From: Candidatus Latescibacterota bacterium
GTDB taxonomy: Bacteria; Latescibacterota; CBDEFO01
Reading direction: 5' to 3'
Assembly: GCA_965237525.1 (NCBI GenBank)
Contig: CBDEFO010000004.1
Location: 288,001-352,000 of the forward strand
Length of the DNA: 64,000 bases
In this document: in pieces, positions 12,548 to 23,062 of the stretch
Layout of the letters: each line of letters opens with the position of its first letter
Position numbering within the stretch: position 1 is the stretch's first letter
The notes under the pieces: generated by a model
Database searches by the model: none
Told to the model about the DNA's origin: nothing
What the model saw: the letters and a program-made list of their open reading frames with translations, nothing else
Translations under genes and position numbers: made by a program

Positions 12548-12723
12548 GCTACTCTTTAGTTTGGGATGCCAAAAATGACAACGGAGAGAACCTTGCCACC
12601 GGGGTCTATCTGTATCGGATGGAAGCAGAGGGATTTGTGCAGACAAGGAAGCTGGTTTTGATGCGATAGGCTTAACTCAAAACCTTTTTGGACTAATAGC
12701 CAATCCTCATTTAGGAACAACCT

Positions 12724-13608
12724 ATGTGGTTGGAAGCACAGACCAAAGAACTCAGGGAGCTTACGAGGCTCTACGAATACTACAGCAAACACCACCTCCC
12801 CAAAGACCTCACGGAGAGGATCGTGGACATATTTGGGATTGACATCCGGGCGAAGTACCATCGCACGGAACTGCCCAATCCCATAATCGTGGCTCCCGGG
12901 CAGATGAGTATGTACGACAACCAGATAGACTCAGCAGATAGAGCGGGTTACGGAGGACTCGTCCTCAAATCCTTCGTAGGAGAGGCACCAGACGGCAGTT
13001 GTTCTATGGAGTCCTGGAGGACTGAGGGGAACTACACGCGCACTTACTACGAGCCCGCGTACAGAAAGAGCGGCTCAAGACCTATAGTCCACTGGAACGG
13101 GAGAGGCGACACCAGAAACCTGGAGGACTATCTTCCATTTGCTGTCAGGACACATCAATCGGCAAGAAGATGCCGCACCGCAAGGATAGCCTCGATAATT
13201 TGCCATCTGCCCGGAACAAAAGGCGAAAAGTGGATGGAGGAGGAATGGCTCTACACCACGAAAGTCTTAAGCGATGTAGGATACAAAATCTTTGAGATAG
13301 CTTTTTCCCCCACACCCAGCATCCTCGAAAAGGCGAAAGACGGTGACATAGTACTGGGATGGTACAGGACCACTCCCAAAATTATGAGGAGGGCCAGAGA
13401 CGATATAGTAATCTATCCCAAGATAATGAACATGCGCTGGGGTTTGAACTATCAATTCCAGATGGTGGAGGCGTCCTTTGAAGGCAGCTCCGACGGAGTG
13501 GTGGTTGCAAACAGGATGTTCAACAGGAAATTCAAATCTGGACACGGCGGGCGAGTTCACAGAGGCTACGTTGAACGAATGGATGCCCATTCATCAGATC
13601 CTCTATGA
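12724..13608 (+). CDS. Dihydroorotate-dehydrogenase-like TIM-barrel protein, probably 3'-truncated
   Basis: LPNPIIVAPG, GGLVLKS, IYPKI, DGVVVANR, SGHGG motifs; sequence after GHGG looks unrelated. Confidence 0.55.
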   Translation: MWLEAQTKELRELTRLYEYYSKHHLPKDLTERIVDIFGIDIRAKYHRTELPNPIIVAPGQMSMYDNQIDSADRAGYGGLVLKSFVGEAPDGSCSMESWRTEGNYTRTYYEPAYRKSGSRPIVHWNGRGDTRNLEDYLPFAVRTHQSARRCRTARIASIICHLPGTKGEKWMEEEWLYTTKVLSDVGYKIFEIAFSPTPSILEKAKDGDIVLGWYRTTPKIMRRARDDIVIYPKIMNMRWGLNYQFQMVEASFEGSSDGVVVANRMFNRKFKSGHGGRVHRGYVERMDAHSSDPL

Positions 13609-14597
13609 GACCTATGTCCCCTACTTTTTCGCTCTCCTTATCACAGGTGCGCTTTTGCTCCTTATAGATGTAAGAAATTTTGATCTATCTCGCTATCTAC
13701 TCTTTTGTATCTTGGCTTATCTCCCCTTTTTAGCTCACCGACACAGAGTCATCTTCTCCTTTGCCGCTATTGCAGTCCTATCTTTTGCACTTCAACACAT
13801 CATCAAAGATAAGATCCTCCGCACGGACTATCTACTCTATCCTATGTTATTCATAGTCCTCTTTGCGTACGGATATACCAGGATCCCCGATCTAGACTTC
13901 GGACTCAAAAGATCTTTGTACCCTGAGGGAGCAGTAGAGTTCTTGAGAGACCATCCTATCAAGGGAAACATTTTTAACGAATACACTTTCGGGGGATACA
14001 TAATGTGGGAGTTATATCCCCACTACAGGGTCTTCATAGATGGGAGAGGGAGGACCTTCCTCTACGAAGACGTCCTGGTGTCCGACTACGGCAGCATCTT
14101 GGGAAGAGGCGAGGCCTTTGAGACACTTATTTCCAATTACGACATCGGCCTTTTTATTCTCAACTATCCATCCAAAAGGGACAGACAAAGAGGCATAAAC
14201 TTTATCCACGATTTCCTCGCCGAAAGCGACGGCTGGAGACTCGTATATTGGGACGACATCGCCCTTATCTATATAAAAAATGAGGAAGAGTACTCTTCAT
14301 TAATAGATACCTAACCAATACAAATACATAAATCCGCTCGGGAGCAGAGTCTATGCGAACAGGCCCGAGGATATGGAGGTTCACCTTTCGGACATCGTGC
14401 AGGAGGTAAAAAGATGTATCGCCGAACATCCAGAGCACACACGCCCCCGCATGATTCTCGGCTATATACTTACCGTGAATAAAAGATACACCGAGGCCTT
14501 CGAGCAGCACAAAGAGGTTCTAAAGATCGAACCCGGACATCCCGGAGCCTTGAATAATATTCGGTGGATCAGCGATAATCTGACTATTGAAAGGTAA
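13478..14597 (+). pseudogene. 3' half of a polytopic membrane protein with C-terminal TPR; frameshift near 14312
   Basis: TM segments after EWMP, IFNEYTFGGY/FIDGR periplasmic motifs; +1 frame continues NQYKYINPL into TPR 14373-14597. Confidence 0.6.
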
Positions 14598-14618
14598 CGA
14601 TTTAATGTAGATATGGAT

Positions 14619-15527
14619 CTATGAGCTGCACTTCGGCTCTGTCAGGTCGGCGGTGGGAACCTCCAGACCGGGGATGTCCGATCTGTAAAGGTAGAGTCCA
14701 CCCAGTAAATTTGGGTCTTCAGGATCGAAACCAGGGGGCTGTAAGAAAGAGGTAAAAGGCTCAGACGCCGCGGTGATATAGAGATCTGTTAGATCCTCGC
14801 CACCGAAGCAGACGGAAGAAGCCTGAACGTCGGGGACTTCTATGCGACGCTCCTCAATTCCACCAGCGTCGTAGCGAATCACACAGCTTCCGTACCACAT
14901 AGCCACCCAAACGCCTCCTTCTGCATCTACAGCGATTCCATCCGGCATTCCAGGCTCTTGGGAAAAATCAATATAGACCTGACGATTGGCGACAGCACCA
15001 GACTCGATATTGTAGTCATAACAGAATATCTTACGAGCCGCTGAATCGGAGTGGTACATGATCGTATCCTGAGGGTTGAACCCCAATCCGTTGGAAAGTT
15101 GGATGTCTCCCTGAACAACCGAAATGGAGCAATCGTTGTCAAAGCGGTATAGTACCCCTTCCTGCTCCACCTTATCCTCCCCCACAAACATCGAGCCTAC
15201 AAAGACGCGTCCTTGGGGATCGGCGGTCATATCGTTTAACTGCAACTTCCTGCCCTCAAACTCAGAGGCGACGGGGATAAAGTTGTCCCGATCCTTCCAC
15301 AGATGGAGTCCATCGGACCCTGCAAGAACCAGCCCTCCGGGCTGGTTCAGCGCCATCCCTCCCACGTGGACATCTTCTATAAGGAGCTCAATATCCCCCG
15401 TATCAGCACTATATCTGTGGACCCTTCGCTCTGCATGGTCAGACCAGTATAGACAATTATTTTCAGGATCCCAAAGTGGGGCTTCTCCTACTCGGTATCC
15501 GCTGCTAATAAGATCCGATTGATCCAT
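14619..15527 (-). CDS. SMP-30/gluconolactonase/LRE family protein
   Basis: GEAPLWD, LNDMTADPQGR, SNGLGF, PDGIAVDAEG motifs. Confidence 0.92.
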   Translation of the reverse strand: MDQSDLISSGYRVGEAPLWDPENNCLYWSDHAERRVHRYSADTGDIELLIEDVHVGGMALNQPGGLVLAGSDGLHLWKDRDNFIPVASEFEGRKLQLNDMTADPQGRVFVGSMFVGEDKVEQEGVLYRFDNDCSISVVQGDIQLSNGLGFNPQDTIMYHSDSAARKIFCYDYNIESGAVANRQVYIDFSQEPGMPDGIAVDAEGGVWVAMWYGSCVIRYDAGGIEERRIEVPDVQASSVCFGGEDLTDLYITAASEPFTSFLQPPGFDPEDPNLLGGLYLYRSDIPGLEVPTADLTEPKCSS

Positions 15528-15601
15528 AGTTCTGCCCTTTCTATTCCGTCTACCTACTTCCCGCTGCATATAGCGAAAGTGAACGTTAAAACCTCAATTC
15601 T

Positions 15602-16366
15602 CTAATGCGCTGTGTAACCGCCGTCAGCGAGCAGAGTTGCAGCTGTGATGAAGGATGCCTCATCTGAGGCAAAAAAGAGGACAGTGTAGGCTATCTCCTT
15701 GGGATCTCCCATTCGCTTGATGAAGAGCATGGGCTTTATTTCCTCCACCAACTCCTCTTTGGTCATCCCGGTGAATTGTGCGTGCCGCAAGGTAGCGGGG
15801 GTATCTATAGCACCGGGACAGACGCAATTGACCCGTATGTTATCTTTTGCAAGATCGTAAGCCAGACATCGGGTCAATTGAAGCACCGCGCCTTTGCTGC
15901 TATTATAAGGGACAAAAGCGGGCTGTGCGACAAACGAACTCGTAGACCCCAGATTCACAATTGCTCCGCCGCCGCGCTCTCGCATGACAGGTGCGGCGTA
16001 TTTTGTGCAGAAGGCGTAGCCCTTGACGTTAACGCCCAAAACCCGATCCCAATCCTCCTCTGTTGCCTCTTCCACCGTCCCAAATACGAAAGCAGCCGCG
16101 TTGTTTACCAGGATGTCCAAGCCTCCGTATTCTGAGACAACCGTCTTGATCATCTCCTCTACTTCCTTTTCTTTGGAGACGTCACAGCGGCAAAACAGCG
16201 CCTGCCCCCCGGCCTGATGAATCTCCTTTGCTGTTTCCTGGCCGCCGTCGGCATCTATATCCGCAATGGCGACACTGGCTCCTTCTTCTGCAAAGAGCAG
16301 TGCTGTCGCCCGACCAATGCCCGAACCGGCACCCGTAATCAGCGCAATCTTATGCTCTAATCTCAT
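15602..16366 (-). CDS. SDR family NAD(P)-dependent oxidoreductase
   Basis: [25 protein letters not shown] before ATG 16366. Confidence 0.93.
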   Translation of the reverse strand: MRLEHKIALITGAGSGIGRATALLFAEEGASVAIADIDADGGQETAKEIHQAGGQALFCRCDVSKEKEVEEMIKTVVSEYGGLDILVNNAAAFVFGTVEEATEEDWDRVLGVNVKGYAFCTKYAAPVMRERGGGAIVNLGSTSSFVAQPAFVPYNSSKGAVLQLTRCLAYDLAKDNIRVNCVCPGAIDTPATLRHAQFTGMTKEELVEEIKPMLFIKRMGDPKEIAYTVLFFASDEASFITAATLLADGGYTAH

Positions 16367-16421
16367 AGTTGGTCCTCCCTTCGTCAGTGAAATATTCCCT
16401 GGATTGCAACTTTTGTGAAGG

Positions 16422-16450
16422 AATATACAGATGAAACTGCTAACTGTCAA
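16422..16450 (-). promoter_or_regulatory. sigma70 promoter of the SDR/SMP-30 genes
   Basis: TTGACA-17 nt-TATATT. Confidence 0.65.
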
Positions 16451-16490
16451 CAGGAATTGTGGGGAGCATCTCAAACTTGATGGCAAGAAT

Positions 16491-16531
16491 AAAAAAGCCG
16501 AACCCATTCAGAACTGAGCTTCGGCTTTTTT
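16491..16531. terminator. Bidirectional intrinsic terminator
   Basis: AAAAAAGCCGAA...TTCGGCTTTTTT. Confidence 0.75.
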
Positions 16532-16545
16532 CTAATCTATTGAAT

Positions 16546-16615
16546 GTAGGGGCGAATTCATGTGTTCGCCCGATTCCGCTGCATTATCAGGGCAGACACG
16601 CTGATCTGCCCCTAC
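16546..16615. repeat. GTAG-type REP doublet
   Basis: GTAGGGGCGAA..TTCGCCC and GGGCAGA..TCTGCCCCTAC in inverted orientation. Confidence 0.8.
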
Positions 16616-16630
16616 AGATAGTGGCAAAGT

Positions 16631-17891
16631 CTATCTCATCAATACCAGCTTCCTTATCTTCACAAATTCTTCCGATCCATCCGTCTTCAAGCGATACAGA
16701 TAGACCCCGCTGGCAAGGCTCTCTCCATTATCATCTTTGCCATCCCAGAATACAGAGTGGCTTCCTGCGTCCATCTGCTCATTTACCATGTTGCAACCTT
16801 CTGTCCTATCATATTATAGACAGATAGCTCAACGTGGCTTTGAACGGGAAGATCGTAATGAATCACCGTCTCTGGGTTAAACGGATTGGGGAAGTTCGGG
16901 TATAGGGCGTAAACCTGAGGAATATGACTGTTGTCATTTCTATCCAAACTGGGCACCCCCAGCGTTATCGTCTCCGTTAGGATGAGTTCACCTATATCCT
17001 GAGGAGTATCGGTTCCCATCTCAACCTTGGTCGTACCGTACCGCCCTGACGGCCCATAATACTCTAAAACTATCTCATCCCCACTTAAGTAGCGGAATAG
17101 GTCACCACTTTCACGATCCCTCAAATTCCCCAAATTGATAGACCAATATGCACTTGCGGAAGTCGCAGCCGATATAGGATACGATTCTTTTCCCTTGTGG
17201 ATGACCGTTGCATAGAGCACTCCCCTATCGCTTATCTCCTTTCCACCATCCTCCACCACTTTGCCTTATATTGCGTACGGATATGGAATCGAGTTCAGCA
17301 GAGGAGTAGTCGTAAACGATCTGACCTCGTCCTCACTTTTGCCATTTGGATCTACCGGCAGGATTCTGTAATAGTACTTCGTATCAGGAGTAAGTCCGAT
17401 TATGTCTACCCAGTGTATATCGTCAGGATATTCGACTCCTCTTACATCATATGCTATGTCGTAATAAGAGAAATCAGGATCAGTGCCATATTGCACCTGA
17501 GCCAAATGATTCTCGGCGCTTATCCAAGATACAGTAGCCGCCAAGTCGGTCACGTTAGATACCTTCACCTCAAAGGGAAACACATTGGCACTAACCTCTT
17601 CCTCAAATCTTCTATGCTCCAGCTCGTGTGGTTCAGGAGCAATCGCTTTGGGAGCTGAGACAGGAGGCGTGAACTCACTGAAAGCAAGTACCTTAACAAA
17701 ATATCCCTCTCCCAACTCTATGCTGAACGCGTCTGTGGGGTCTGTTATTACCGTCCCATCCGCAGCCCTTATCGCAGATTCAAACAAGCTCGCAGCATTA
17801 TTCCATCTGTCTATCTCTCTCGCATTCGGTATCAACGGCAGCAGTGTGTGAGAAGTAAAGTCCAGAGGAAACGGAACACCCACGATATTAA
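16631..17891 (-). pseudogene. 3' portion of secreted protein (FN3-like domain plus T9SS-type C-terminal domain), with nonsense codon and frameshift
   Basis: In-frame TAA at 17266-17268; 1-nt deletion near 16787 inside the FPNPFNP tail; 5' end cut by IS. Confidence 0.8.
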
Positions 17892-19410
17892 AAGCCTTGT
17901 GAAATAGTTATGTCCCAGGCAGCGTCTGAAGCGCCGATTATGGGTCAAAGAGTAGCATATCGTATCGTTTTGCTGTGGAATAAGCAAAATAGTCTTATCA
18001 GAGTTCTGGTCAGCAAGGAACAGGAGCTGTTTGAAGAACAGGATGCACTGTCTTTGACAGACAGGGCACACATAGACGCTTTCCCCCTTCTTATGAAAGA
18101 TACAAGCCTCTTGAGATTCTGTGCTGTTGCAACAAGATTCAACTGTTCATTCAGTGAGGCTGGTCCTCTGTAACGGGCTCGTCCCATACCGTGTTGTTGC
18201 CTGGCTTCAGCAAAGATATGTTCACTGCGTTTACGGAGTCTCCGGGAGAGTTTGTAGTCAGCTGTTAATGAGATAGACCGTGCATGATTTCTGGCTTTCG
18301 CCTCTCGCACTTTTCTATCCCGTTCGGCCTGAATATGTGCTGGATTTGTCTTGTTTTTCCATGTAGGAATCGGTTCAATCTTCTCATCGGCTCGCAGAGG
18401 AATATGGGGTATGATTCCCCGGTCAAGTACATCAGCGATAAAATTACCAGAACCGTAACCGGTATCGGCACTAAGTGTCTGAATGTCTTTGGGCATGGTG
18501 TATGTTTCAAGGTCATCTACCATCTTAAGGGCACTTTCGGGCTCTGCTGTCCCTGTCGCCTGCGTGCCCTGAGTCTCAAGGATTACTCTGCTTTTTGTGT
18601 CGATCAGATCATGGCCCATAAACGAGAGAAAAGCCCCTTTGCCCTTCGATTTGCTGTATAAGCGCGCGTCGGGGTCTGTAGTCGAACGGTGTGTTTGGTT
18701 CGTCCACTTTTCACCATGAAAGTCTTTATCCTGAGGATGCCCGGACCTACCCTTTGTCTTATCACCTTCAAAACCGATTCCCTTGAGATAATCATCAAGA
18801 GAAACAGGGGGTTCTATCGGCTCAATACTTTTCACTGAAGCATCAGCTTGTATCTGAGTGCCGTCGACACTAAGGTGTTTACCGCTCACAAGACCGACAT
18901 CTATGCAACACTGGACTACCTGACGCATTATCCGTTCAAACAACCCACTGGATGCCCACTTGTGATTGCGAAGCTTGTTGATCGTGCTCCTATCCGGAAC
19001 CGCATCATCAAATGTCTGATGACAAAACAACCGATATGCCGCATGCATCCCCACTTCCTGACAGAGCCGATTCTCACTCAAATTATACAGATAGCCAATA
19101 AGGATCATTCGAACAACTAATTCAGGATCAATACCGGGTCTGCCATTGTCAGGGCAATAACAATCTGATACAACGTCTCGTACAAATGAAAAATCAACTG
19201 CCTCATCAATCTGACGAAGGATATGATCCTCGGGAACTAAATCCTCCATCTGAAAATAGTGAAACATCGGATTTGTCTGTTCCTGCTTTTGTGGGGTCAT
19301 TGTTTCCTCCATGTATAATATTATCAATAACATAATATAATACATCGGAACTGCTTTATCAATGCTTGTTCTATACTGCTTTCTGAATCTAAGGGTTTTT
19401 CACAAGGCTT
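17892..19410 (-). mobile_element. IS1182-family-like element copy B (transposase 17945-19345)
   Basis: Near-identical to copy A; flanks differ (CTAA vs TTAA in element orientation). Confidence 0.93.
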
Positions 19411-21306
19411 TTAGGGTGTCTTCGAAAGAGAAGGCCTTACCTCCTTTGTCCTTGGTGATCTTGGACGGCCCCCCCATAACGACAATATTCCCAGTGAAAC
19501 CTATGTTACCTTCCGCATCCTCCACCCTAATAACGGTAGAACCTCCGAAGATGGCTGTGAAGACGCCATTTTCATCAATCGTGCCTATGTCCCGATCCTG
19601 GACTCCCCAGGTAAAGACGCTTTTGCCAGGCCTGCCGACCACCCTGAACCGCCTGGTCTTTCCAAGCTTTACTCTCGTTTGGAACGGGCGAATATCAAGT
19701 CCCCCTGTCTTTGGCACCACTATAACGAGTCCATCCTCTGCCTCTACATTGGCCTCGTTTAAAAGACCATCTTGAACATCCAGCGCCGTTGAATCGCCCG
19801 GGGAACCCACAGTCTCAAAATGTAGATTAACCACACGACCGTTTCTCTCGAAATCGGCGCAGAACCCGCCAGTGCTATCTTCAGTGATCCTGGAGATATC
19901 TCATTGGCAGCAAGCTGCCACAGACTATCCACCAGCACTGGAATCTCCTGGGACTTGTTGGGCAAAACTATTATAGAACCAGCTCGCAAAATTCCCAGCC
20001 GCACCGCTACGAAGACACCGTCCACTGTCTCTACAGGATCCTCGTTCAAAAGACCATTCTCAAGATCCAAGGCAGTAGAATCTCCGACAGCACCTACGAC
20101 CTTGAAACGCAGATCGACCACCGGGCCACTGCCTGAAATCGGTGTAGGACCTGCCAGCGCAACCTTCAACGAGCCAGGAGATACCTCATTGGCTGCAATC
20201 TGCCACAGACTATCCACTGCTGATCCCACAGAGAACATAGGAACATCCGCCCTTAAGACATCAGGATCGTAGTGAAGCGTAAACTGAGCTGAGATCACTT
20301 CAGTACTGGGGACTAGACTATCCACGAACACCGGAACCTTGGCCCACCCTCCCGAAGGACCTGCCAAAAAGCCTACCTCTAAAACTCCCAGCGGCACCAC
20401 TTCCAAAAACCCATCAACTGACTCTACAGGATCCTCATTCAAAAGACCATTCTCAAGATCCAACACCGTAAAATCTCCGATATCTCCTATGACCTGAGCA
20501 TGGACAACTGCTAAGCTACCCGTTCCAATAAGAGGAGATTCAGCGCCCGCCATAGCAACAGAGACCTTACCGGGGCTCGGCACGTTCACTGAGAACTGCC
20601 ACGTGCTGTCGACCACGTTTCCCCTAAAGCTCATCACGGTATCGGGGTCTATTACCTCAGGATCGTAGAAAAGATTGAACTGGGCAGATATGATGCTATC
20701 TTCCACAGAGATTCCATCTACAAAGACCGGGATCTCTACCCACGCTCCTTTGCTTGCCTTTAACGTATCCACACGCATAGCTACCACTTCAGGAGCAGCA
20801 ACACCCTCTACAAATAGTGATCCGTCATCCAGAACCCCTGCCAGATCTGTCACAAAATCCAGCTCCCCATTGACCAGAACCTCTGGGGCAAACGCTATAT
20901 CGGTGGAGTCTCCCTCAGTTCCCACAACTCTGAAGTCTATAGAGACTAAAGTAGCATCTCCGACTAAGAAGCTGGACCCCGCCACGGTGACCTTAACAGT
21001 ATCGTCCTTTATTATACTATTTACACCCCATGTAGTGTCGGGGAGATTCCCCGAAAGTACAGAGTCCGCGTTTATCACGTTCCCATCGAACAGAAGGTCG
21101 AACTGAACCGAAGTGATCTCGTCTTTCTCTTTAATGCCCCGAATATCCACTGGCACTAAAATCGACTCGCCCGACGTGGCTGATGTATCGAGCACACTTA
21201 AAACCTTACCTGGTGGTCCTCCTAACACCGTAGAGGCGAAAAACAACTGAATGAAGGTTGCAAAAAGCATCGTCGATAGGAAATCACAAAGACACTCTGA
21301 CTTCAT
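19411..21306 (-). pseudogene. Secreted protein with four cohesin-like domains and an Ig-like (Big_2) domain, frameshifted and truncated by IS
   Basis: Signal peptide; four VPV.V...I.SAQF.L.YD....GD.T.LDL.NGLLNE units; frameshift near 19846. Confidence 0.72.
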
Positions 21307-21566
21307 ATAGCTTATCCTCTCATAAGTATTAATTCAACTAATATACAGAAAATAGTGCACTTGCCAAGCATAATTCAAAAAAACATAAAAAGATTTAAGA
21401 TTGTTTTAGACGAGCGATTTCCTATTACTTATCGGACCGACACTGGTACTTATGACAAGTTGTCTGATCTGCGAAAAGTACGAGCGTACCGGTTCATTTT
21501 TCAGACAAGAATGACCGATACTGGGGGCCTTATACTGTCGTCCTTGCGATTGACTGTCCTCAACGG

Positions 21567-22047
21567 TTATCTCATCAGGATCATCTTTCTGGTCTTAACA
21601 AAGTCCCCTGCCTTGATGCGATAGAGGTAAAGTCCGCTTGCCATGTCCTTCCCCTGATCGTCTTTGCTGTCCCAGACTACAGAATACCTTCCTGCTTTCT
21701 GATTCTCATTCACCAGTGTTCTAATCTTCTGCCCTAAAGTGTTAAATACATCTAGCCTTGCTCTTCCTGCTTCCCGTATTTCGTATCTTATAGTTGTATA
21801 AGGGTTAAACGGATTCGGATAGCTCTGAGCCAGGCTGTATTCTTGAGGCGGCGGGGATATGTCCTCTTGCTCCACTATACTCAAGTGGTACATCCCCTCG
21901 TTCAACTGTGCCTCAAGCACCTCCAATCCTAAATCAAATAAATCTTGTGTCCTGAACTGGATGCGCAGCACCTCTCCCTTACCCTCCGATACCGACGATG
22001 CCCAAAAGCCCACAGGCGGATTTGAACAGAAGCTTTGTGTGGCGCAT
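21567..22047 (-). pseudogene. Internally deleted secreted-protein gene: signal peptide out of frame with T9SS-type C-terminal domain
   Basis: Mini-ORF MRHTKLLFKSACGLLGIVGIGG* (22047-21979) abuts GKGEVLRIQF...YPNPFNP...RKMILMR in another frame. Confidence 0.65.
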
Positions 22048-22053
22048 CCCCGC

Positions 22054-22082
22054 ATGCTAACTGGTCCCTCCCCGTGCGTCAA
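22054..22082 (-). promoter_or_regulatory. sigma70 promoter, probably leaderless transcript
   Basis: TTGACG-17 nt-TAGCAT; 6 nt separate the -10 from ATG 22047. Confidence 0.55.
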
Positions 22083-22090
22083 GTATACAA

Positions 22091-22954
22091 TTACCGCAGT
22101 AACCGCTCATAAAGGGGCTCAGCCTCGGCATACTTGCCCTGATCTCCGTAAAGTACCGCCAGATTGTTCAGTGAGACCGCCAGATCGGGATGGTCTTTGC
22201 CAAGGACTTTTTCCCTTATTGCCAGTGCCCGCTTTAAAAGGGGTTCAGCCTCGGCATACTTGCCCTGATCTCTGTAAAGTACCGCCAGATTGTTCAGGGA
22301 GGTCGCCACATCGGGATGGTCTTTGCCAAGGACTTCTTCCCTTATTGCCAGTGCCCGCTTATAAAGAGGCTCGGCTTCGACATACTTGCCCTGATCTCTG
22401 TAAAGTAACCCCAGATTGTTCAGGGAGGTCGCCACATCGGGATGGTCTTTGCCAAGGACTTCTTCGCTTATTGCCAGTGACCGCTCATAAAGGGGCTCAG
22501 CCTCGTCATACTTGCCCTGGGAATAATAAAGTACCCCCAGACCGTTCAGGGAGGGCGCCACATCGGGATGGTCTTTGCCAAGGACTTCTTCCCTTATTGC
22601 CAGTGCCCGCTTGAAAAGGGGTTCAGCCTCGGCATACTTGCCCTAGGAATAATAAAGCAACCCCAGACCGTTCAATAAGCTCGCCACATCGGGATGATCT
22701 GGCCCAAGCGCTTTTTCCCATATTGCCAGTGACCGCTTATAAAGAGGCTCGGCTTCGACATACTTGCCCTGATCTCTGTAAAGTAACCCCAGATTGTTCA
22801 GGGAGGTCGCCACATCGGGATGATCTGGACCGAAAGTTTTCTCAGCTACTTTCAAAGCCTTTTTAGCAACCTTAACTGCTTTCTCATACTGACCTTGTTC
22901 GCGGAACGTTACTGCCTTTTCCATTAGTATTTCCCACTTTGAAAATGCCCTCAT
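22091..22954 (-). pseudogene. Kinesin-light-chain-like TPR repeat protein with internal stop and truncated 3' end
   Basis: 42-aa/126-bp DHPDVATSLNNL...GKY.EAEPLY repeats; in-frame TAG at 22643-22645 at the conserved Gln position. Confidence 0.85.
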
Positions 22955-23020
22955 ATCTGGTGCTCCTTTCGGTTCAAGGAATCAAGGAAGGGTTCCTCCT
23001 CACATTGTAGTCATCATTCC

Positions 23021-23047
23021 AGGGCAGACACACGGGTCTGCCCCTAC
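23021..23047. repeat. GTAG-type REP
   Basis: AGGGCAGAC..GTCTGCCCCTAC. Confidence 0.75.
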
Positions 23048-23062
23048 AGATAGTGGCAAAGT

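Larger units (their letters stand above)
5422..12669 (+). pseudogene. Large secreted FG-GAP/VCBS-repeat and IPT/TIG protein; C-terminal T9SS-type sorting domain split by ISx
   Basis: Signal peptide; 28 [14 protein letters not shown] repeats in four blocks of 7; five IPT domains; YPNPFNP tail resumes after the IS as SLVWDAKNDNGENLATGVYLYRMEAEGFVQTRKLVLMR*. Confidence 0.88.

Noticed and set aside
21355..21624. 89-aa plus-strand ORF between decayed genes
   Set aside because: No RBS or recognisable motif, and it overlaps a minus-strand gene end.
21859..22614. 251-aa plus-strand repetitive ORF
   Set aside because: Antisense shadow of the TPR repeats.
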